Below, piece after piece: positions 54,216 to 64,000 of a stretch of DNA of 64,000 bases. Each line of letters opens with the position of its first letter. Position 1 is the stretch's first letter. The notes under the pieces were generated by a model. The model was not told where the DNA came from, did not search any database, and was given only the letters and a program-made list of their open reading frames with translations. The position numbers were made by a program, and so were the translations under genes. The DNA lies in contig OZ024746.1 in assembly GCA_964016885.1 (NCBI GenBank), positions 22,010,001-22,074,000 of the forward strand, in the 5' to 3' direction. This DNA is from Eledone cirrhosa (taxonomy: Eukaryota).

Positions 54216-54252
54216 GCTGTACATGGATGTTTACATTTCCCCAGTTGACAAG
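54216..54252 (+). CDS. candidate 37-nt exon (R)LYMDVYISPVDK, phase 2 to 0
   Basis: Long CT tract then catag| acceptor and AAG|gtaaga donor. In frame with the exon at 27733. Has its own ATG at 54223. Confidence 0.45.
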
Positions 54253-54329
54253 GTAAGACCTATCAGTGTTGATGCTTTTTTTTTGTTTGTTGTTGCTGTT
54301 TTTTCTTACCTGTTTTGTCAGTATTCTTC

Positions 54330-54802
54330 ACTCCAGCTGACACTCAAGTGACCCTTCCCTCCAGCTGACACTCAAGTGACCCTTCCCTCCAGTTAACACT
54401 CAATGGACCCTTCTCTTCAGCTAACACTGCCGTGACTCTTTTCTTCAGCTAACACGCAAAGGACCCTCCCCACCAGGGAACACTTAAGAGACCCTCTCCA
54501 CCGGTTAACACTCAAGGAGACCTTCCCTCCAGCTAACATTCAAGGGACCTTCCCATCCAACTATCACTCAATGGAACCTTCCCTCTACGTAATACTCAAG
54601 GGACTTTTTCCTCCAGCTGACACTCAAGGGAACTTTCCCGCTAGCTAACACTTAAGATCTTCCCACTTCCTTATACACAAGGGAATCTTCCATTTAGTTA
54701 ACACTCAACAGAACCGTCACTTCAGCTCACACTCACAAGGTTGCTCCCCTTCAGATAACACTCAAGGGACCCTCCTTTCTAGCTAACACTTAAGGGAGCC
54801 TC
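54330..54802. repeat. diverged ~28-29-bp tandem repeat (~16 units)
   Basis: Consensus about ctccagctaacactcaagggaccttcc. Confidence 0.9.
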
Positions 54803-55158
54803 AACAAGTGCATGATATAGAAAAAAGGTGATAACTGGAAAAGGTCATAACTGGAACTTCTTTGATCATAGGTCTGTTAGACCATGACTGACCTAGGGTT
54901 AAAAAACAACAGAAATATTCTTCTCTGGAGATTTCAACACAGTTTCCTCCCTCCCCCTTCCCCATCAATGGATGACAGAGAATATTATCTAAACTTTTGA
55001 TAAAATGGTGTTGAATTTACTTATATCTATATACATTTACATATACATACACACGCATATATATATATACATACACACACACATACATATACACACCTAC
55101 ATATACATACATATATACATATATATATATACTCACCTACATAAATTTATGCATACAC

Positions 55159-55190
<32 letters not shown>

Positions 55191-55701
55191 ATATGCATAC
55201 ACATCAATATACACACCTACATATACATACACATACACACCTACATGTACATACATGTATACACATCTACATACACACACATATTCACTGATATGCACAT
55301 CTACACATTCACACATGCACAAATTCAAGTTGTTGTTGCTGGACCTCCGTCAGTTAAGAAGATGACTGTTCCAGTTGTTTGATCATGAAATTAAAGTGTC
55401 AGTGGCTGAGCATTCCACAGACATATTTACACTTAATGTAGCTCTCAGGGAGACTCAGAATGACACAGTTTATGACAAATACAACTTTTTTTTTTTTTCT
55501 AGCTCAATGGATTGGAGGACCATGAAATAAAGTGTCTTGCCCAAGGACACAATGCACCATCTGATCACCTACACACATACACAAACACACATATGTATAA
55601 TTGTATGCTGTTTAACATGTAAACAATTCAATCACTGATAGCAGAATATCTACATTGAGATGACACATGTACACTCCTATGCAATGCATGCATGTGTATA
55701 T

Positions 55702-56038
55702 ATCATCATCATCATCATCATTTTACGTCTGCTTTTCCCTGCTTGCAAGGGTGGAACTGGTTCTGGCTTGATTTCTACAGCTGGATGCCCTTCCTAACAC
55801 CAACCTCATTTACAGTGAGTGGTGGGTGCTTTTTTGCTGTGGTACCTCCACGGCCACTTTGCAGTGGAATGATAGGGACCCCAGTCCCTATCATCTCATT
55901 TCTACAGTTGAGTAAACTGAAGCAAAGTGAAATAAAGTGTCTTGCTCAAGGAAACAACACATCACCCAGTCTGAGAATTGAACTCACAACCTTTCAATTG
56001 CAAGGCCAATGCTCTAACCACTAAGCCATGTTCCTCCA
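55702..56038 (-). mobile_element. full-length SINE family B
   Basis: Reverse complement of the 22142 copy. Confidence 0.9.
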
Positions 56039-56213
56039 TAATATTTGTGCCAAAAGTAGAAACAATTATATATATATAATACATAATTATCATCATCATC
56101 GTTTAATGTCTATCTTCCATGCTATATATATATGATGATAATTATGTATTATATATATAATTGTTTCTACTTTTGGCACAAGGCCAGCAATTACACACTG
56201 CATTACTGAACAG

Positions 56214-56467
56214 TCGATCGACAAGATCCCAGACCTCATTTACTAAATGAGTTGGGTGGAGCTCATTAAATTGGACCGAGGAAACAAAGTTTCCATTGGC
56301 CTTTCCAATTGCTAATACTATCTACTGGTCGCAAATGCTGGCAGAAGGAGCAATGTGAAATAAAGTGTCTTGCGCAAGGACATAACGCATCACCCTGTCC
56401 AGGAGTTGAACTCACAACCTCACAGTTGTGAATCCAAATCTCTAACCTCTCAGCCACATGCCTTCAC
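56214..56467 (-). mobile_element. full-length SINE family C
   Basis: tRNA-like head plus the family C body. Confidence 0.85.
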
Positions 56468-56966
56468 AAACTGTATTATATATGTATATAAATTGTATAC
56501 ATATATGTAATATGTATGTTTATGTAAAATTATGTATATATGTATATAAATTGTTTATGTACAATGTGTGTCGGCTTAAATATACCAGCTGATGTATACA
56601 TGCCAGAATGTTTTAAGGCCATTTTCTCTGTTAAAGCAGGTTAATCCTTGTGTGTGTGTGGGGGGGGGGGGGGGGCTGGAAAGCTTCTTCACTTTGCCCT
56701 ATCAGCTGCACCCCTAGCTTTCTTTCTCTTCTTCATCTTTTGCCATGTCTAAGTATCTGTCATCATCATCATCATCACATACACACACAGCTGTTTCTTT
56801 CATGCTTGCATGGGTTGAACAGGTATTTTCCAGTACACCATGTTTGTGTGTGTGTAAATATATATATATATATAACCAAAGATTAATATGGTTCATTGAT
56901 TACTCAATGAATATAGTTTTACAATAGATTAAAAGCACTCTACCAGGAAGTTTTCTGGAGTTATTA

Positions 56967-57245
56967 ATATTATTCAGAATATAAATAAATGAAGACATTC
57001 ACATAATCAAAATATATGTTTTATTATATATATGTCGAAGGAACTGTGCTGTTTTTTCAGTACGTCCTCGTCAGATAAAATACATGAATTTTATCTGAAA
57101 TTTTATGAATTTTATCTAAAATTCAAGTATTTTATCTGACGAGGACGTACTGAAAAAAAACACCACAGTACCTTCGAAATATATATAATAAAACATATAT
57201 TTTGATTATGTGAATGTCTTCGTTTATTTATATTCTGAATAATAT
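56967..57245. mobile_element. ~280-bp inverted repeat; PLE pseudo-LTR-like element
   Basis: Arms of ~120 bp (56967-57090 and 57120-57245), each carrying a hammerhead motif. One-sided extension at ~56875-56966. Confidence 0.75.
57130..57193 (+). ncRNA. type I hammerhead ribozyme with a minimal, palindromic stem III
   Basis: Stem I UUUUAU/AUAAAA. Core CUGACGA at 57136-57142. Stem II GGACGUACUG/CAGUACCUUC (9 of 10 pairs). GAAA at 57176-57179. Stem III region AUAUAUAU. Predicted cleavage after AUA at 57187. Confidence 0.75.
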
Positions 57246-57254
57246 ATATATATA

Positions 57255-57655
57255 TCATCATCATCATTTCATTTACGTCCACTTTTTCCCTGCTTGCAAG
57301 GGAGGGACGGGAACTGATTCTGGCTTGATTTCTACAGCTGGATGCCCTTCCTAACACCAACCTCATTTACAGTGAGTGCTGGGTGCTTTTTTGCCGTGGC
57401 ACCTCCACGACCACTTTGCAGTGGAATTATAGGGACTGGAGTCCCTATATACATGTGGAGGCACATAGCTTAGTGGTTAGAGCATTGGCCTTGCAATCGA
57501 AAGGTTGTGAGTTCAATTCTCAGACCGGGTGATGTGTTGTTTCCTTGAGCAAGGCACTTTATTTCACATTGCTCCAGTTTACTCAGCTCTGAGAATTGAA
57601 CTCACAACCTTTCGATTGCAAGGCCAATGCTCTAACCACTAAGCCATGTGCCTCC

Positions 57656-57657
<2 letters not shown>
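57255..57657 (-). mobile_element. SINE B with an internal inversion and duplicated head
   Basis: Minus tail 57255-57447, plus-strand head 57455-57588, minus head 57589-57657. Confidence 0.85.
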
Positions 57658-57690
<33 letters not shown>

Positions 57691-57691
<1 letters not shown>

Positions 57692-57871
57692 GAACCAAAT
57701 GAACCATAACGCACCAAAGTACTCAATACTTAGGATAGTAGAGTGGGTAATAGGAACGAGTAGGACCCCGACGGCTGAGCCCAAGCCGTTTCGATGGCTA
57801 ATTCTGGACTAATTCAGAATTAGCTGTCGAAACGGCTTGAGCTCAGCCGTCGGGGTCCTACTCGTTCCTAT
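57691..57871 (-). mobile_element. second PLE-like terminus: 122-bp palindrome (57750-57871) plus tail
   Basis: Homologous to the 7445 element. Contains GAAA-CGGCU-loop-AGCC-GUC. Confidence 0.75.
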
Positions 57872-57881
57872 AAATATATAT

Positions 57882-58092
57882 ATCATCATCGTTTAACGTC
57901 CATGTTCCACGCTTGCATGGGTTTGGACGGGAGTTTTCCCACTTGAGGCAAGATTGGTTGTCTTGCTCGCATAGGACTGTCTGGCGGGTTTTCTACAGTT
58001 GGATGCCCTTCCTAACACCAACCACATTTACAGTGTGGGGCAGGGAGGTTTTTACCGTGTTGCCTACACGGCCACATTACAGCGTGGACTGT
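57882..58092 (-). mobile_element. RTE LINE 3' UTR copy
   Basis: Reverse complement of ~60220-60430. Confidence 0.9.
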
Positions 58093-58339
58093 CTGGCAGG
58101 TTTTCTAATATATATATAAGTGTATGTAGTGTATGAAGGATGGAATTGCATGCACCTATGTATGTATATGTTTATATGTATGTATGTATCAATGAATGAA
58201 TGTATGTATGTGTGTATCTATATAGCTATCTATGTGTATGCAGATATTGATCTATATGTTTGTATCAGCTGATATATCTAATAAAATGGTTGGGTGGACA
58301 TTATAACAATATACATATGTGATAATTGTTTGTTTGTGT

Positions 58340-59755
58340 TATACATATATATACAGTCATACACATATATACATACAGTTACACACATATATACACACAG
58401 TCACACACATATATACACACAGTCATACACATATATACATACAGTCATACACACAGTCACACACATATATACACAGTCATACACATATATTCACACAGTC
58501 ATACACATATATACATAGTCATACACATATATACATAGTCATACACATATATACATACAGCCATACACATATATACACAGTCACACACATATATACACAC
58601 AGTCACACACATATATACATAGTCATACACATATATACACACAGTCATACACATATATACATAGTCATACACATATATACATAGCCATATACATACAGTC
58701 ATACACATATATACACAGTCACACACATATATACATAGTCATACACATATATACACAGTCATACACATATATACATAGTCATACACATATATACACATAG
58801 TCACACACATATATACATAGTCACACACATATATACATAGTCATACACATATATACATACAGTCATACACATATATACATACAGTCATACACATATATAC
58901 ATAGTCATACACATATATACATAGTCATACACATATATACACAGTCATACACATATATACACAGTCATACACATATATACACACAGTCATACACATATAT
59001 ACACACAGTCATACACATATATACATAGTCATACACATATATACACAGTCACACACATATACATACAGTCATACACATATATACATAGTCATACACATAT
59101 ATACATAGTCATACACATATATACATAGTCATACACATATATACACACAGTCATACACATATATACACAGTCATACACATATATACATACAGTCATACAC
59201 ATATATACACAGTCATACACATATATACACAGTCATACACATATATACACAGTCACACACATATATACATAGTCATACACATATATACACAGTCACACAC
59301 ATATATGCACACAGTCACACACATATATACAGTCATACACATATACATAGTCATACACATATATGCATACAGTCATACACATATATACACGCAGTCATAC
59401 ACATATATACATAGTCATACACATATATACATACAATCACACACATATACATACACACAGTAATGCACACACACATTCACACACATAAATATACATAGTC
59501 ACACACATATATATATATATATACACACACAGTTATACGCATATATATACACAGTCACACATATACACACACAGTCACACACGTGTATATATACGCACAC
59601 AGTCACATGTATATACATACGCACACTCATACACATAGTCACATACACACACACACACATACATATATATATATATGCACACAGTCAACATATATATACA
59701 CACAGTCAGGCACATATACATACACACAATTACATATATATATATATATATATAT
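58340..59755. repeat. (AGTCATACACATATATAC[AT/AC])n minisatellite
   Basis: Seen directly in the sequence; ~18-24-bp units. Confidence 0.95.
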
Positions 59756-59757
59756 AT

Positions 59758-60444
59758 ATGAACGGCAAAGCATAAACGAACTAAGGGTGAAATTAGGAAT
59801 AAGAGGGATCAGATGCTGTTTACTCGAGAGAAGACTACGTTGGTATGGTCACGTGATGCGCATGAAAGACGACAGCTGTATAAAAAAGTGCAGGGCGATA
59901 AAAATAGACGGTAGCCACGGAGTACGCAGATCCACAAAAACCTGGGACGACTTGATAAATTCCGACCTCACACACTTACACCTCTCCAAGACAATGTCAC
60001 TGGACCGAGATCTTTGGCGCTACTCAGTAATACAGAAGACCCGCCTTGCCTAAGTACAAAGCGAAACCTACAGTCAGTAGGCACCTCTAACAAAAATACA
60101 CCCCTGGCCCACTACCCCCCACCCCATCCACACCACCCCTTTCAATATAAAGTTATGTTGGTACCACAACATCCAGTCCGAAATAAATGAGGTCGTGTAG
60201 GTGTCCCGACAAAAAGACACACAGTCCACGCTGTAATGTGGCCATGTAGGTAACATGGTAAAAACCTCCCAGTCCACACTGTAAACGTGGTTGGTGTTAG
60301 GAAGGGCATCCAGCCGTAGAAAACCTGCCAGATAGTCCTATACGAGCAAGACAACCAATCTTGCCTCAAGTGGGGAAAATTCCCGTCCAGACCCATGCAA
60401 ACGTGGAAGATGGACGTTAAACGATGATGATGATGATGATGATG

Positions 60445-60445
<1 letters not shown>
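59758..60445 (+). mobile_element. 5'-truncated RTE (BovB-like) LINE: ORF end plus 3' UTR with (GAT)n tail
   Basis: Uninterrupted ERQSINELRVKLGIRGI…ERRLRWYGHVMRMKDDSCIKKC…KTWDDLINSDL…DRDLWR…LA* (stop at 60053). CpGs retained. Ends GACGTTAAAC(GAT)n. Confidence 0.9.
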
Positions 60446-60477
<32 letters not shown>

Positions 60478-60689
60478 CACATATATACACATACATATAT
60501 ATATACACACATATATATATACACACACAGTCACACATATATATACACACACCCATATAGAAAGTGTGTTATCTTGATTTGTTGTCAATAAACAAAATAA
60601 GATAAAAACCTTACTTTATGTAAAGTTGGCAGAAATATCACATTAAACAAGATTTACATGTGTCCATGTATAGCTTGTATAAGAAAACA

Positions 60690-62545
<1,856 letters not shown>

Positions 62546-62821
62546 TATCAGTTTCTGCACACTTCTAATGTTCCAACACAAGGGAGTATTCAGGACTATT
62601 ATGTTTTTCTACCCCAAAATAAGTAAAGACAATATATATTATATCAATAGTTATCATTAAATAGTGGCAATGCTGGAGCACTACTTTCAATGGCATAGTT
62701 GATTAGATGAACCCAGTACTTGTTTTTCAAGATATTTGATGTGAATTTGTGAGGTTCATGTTGCCTATAAAAACACACCCATGAGTTAAGTTTCACTTCG
62801 GTTTTATTATTAGTCAGGTAA

Positions 62822-63190
62822 TCTTCGCTTTACTTTCTGAGTTCAAATCATGCTAAGGTTAGCTTTGCCTTTCATCCTTATGGGGTCAATAAAAAATAAA
62901 GTACCAGTAATACACTGGGGTTGATTTAATCGATTTTCCTCTCCTTACAAATAGTTGCCCTTGTGCCTAAATCAGAAGCTATTATTAGTCAGGTAATAGG
63001 GCAGTGGATTGGCAGTATCGGTAGAGGGTCGGATGCCATGCTTTGACGCATTGAGTTACGGCCCTTGCCATTCTGAGTTCAAATCCCGCCGAGGTTAACT
63101 TTGCCTTTCATCCTTACGGGGTCGATAAAATAAGTACCAGTAATACACTGGGTAATTGTTGGCCTTGTGCCAAAAGTAGAAACAATTATT
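62822..63190 (+). mobile_element. two SINE A copies inserted at the same target
   Basis: attattagtcaggtaa occurs three times (62806, 62981, 63185). Confidence 0.9.
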
Positions 63191-63374
63191 AGTCAGGTAA
63201 CTAATTTATTCCTTGGTTAGTTTTGTAACTTGATGTTTATGTCAAAGATATTTCATCACACATCCTGTAACCTTGTCAATGATTATACTTGCTCCTCCAT
63301 GGTGTCTCCTTTTAATTTTAATTTTGTGTTATTTACTGTCTGTCTTTCTATCTGTTTATATTTGTGTGTATGTG

Positions 63375-63575
63375 TGTGTGTTTGTGTAGATATATGTAGA
63401 TGTGTGTTGTAGATATATGTAGCTGCGTGTGCATATATACAAACCTGTGTGTGTAGATATATGAACCTGCGTGTGAATATATATGTAGCTCTGTGTGTAG
63501 ATATATGTAGCTGTGTATGTAGATATAAGAGCTTGTGTGTGTAGATATATGTACCTGCGAGTATATATGTGATAT
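63375..63575. repeat. ~22-bp minisatellite gtgtgtagatatatgtagct
   Basis: Seen directly in the sequence. Confidence 0.85.
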
Positions 63576-63639
63576 AACTGATTGCATGTGTTATTGGAGT
63601 ACCAGATCATAAATGTTGTGTGTTATAGCTCTTGATAGA

Positions 63640-63880
63640 ATTGATCGACAAATTCTCAGACCTCATTCACTTACCACGTGGGGTGGAACTTGTCAAATCA
63701 GACCAAGGAAACAATGTTTCCATTGGTCTTTCCATTGCTGATGCTATCTACTGGTTGCAACACCTGGCAGAAAAAACAACACAAAATAAAGTCTTGTTCA
63801 AGGACCCAAACCAGGAATTGAACTCGTAACCTTGCGATTATGAATCCAATTCTCTAACCATTAAGCCACATGCCTCCACT
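63640..63880 (-). mobile_element. SINE family C copy
   Basis: Matches the 56214 copy. Confidence 0.85.
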
Positions 63881-64000
63881 TTGCTGTAGGCAGCAAAACA
63901 TTATTCTGTATATCTCAGTTCACTGAACTGTCAGAAAGAAGTTGATCATTGGGGAATGCTATCTGGAGAATCTGATGTTCTGTCCACAGGGATAATGTTT

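Noticed and set aside
54330-54802. CRISPR-sized ~28-bp repeats
   Set aside because: Head-to-tail degenerate units without unique spacers.

Overview
AT-rich eukaryotic genomic DNA made mostly of repeats: microsatellites and minisatellites, many tRNA-derived SINE copies from several families, 3' remnants of RTE-type LINEs, non-autonomous DNA transposons (hAT, Tigger/mariner, piggyBac-like) and fold-back elements resembling Penelope-like retroelement (PLE) termini. The repeat style suggests a coleoid cephalopod such as Octopus; this is an inference, not a database result. No long genuine coding exon is present. Nearly all ORF-track entries are microsatellite artefacts or LINE debris. A CpG-enriched segment at ~26.2-28.2 kb looks like a possibly bidirectional promoter, with a candidate + strand first exon at 27733 and several small candidate exons downstream. 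The main signals are: (1) a complete type I hammerhead ribozyme inside a ~280-bp inverted repeat at 57 kb; (2) two 122-bp palindromes that keep only the 3' half of a hammerhead and fold back where stem II would lie; (3) a hAT element with two convergent tRNA-like Pol III units; (4) a SINE fused to a CpG-rich unknown sequence; (5) repeated SINE insertion at ATTATT targets.
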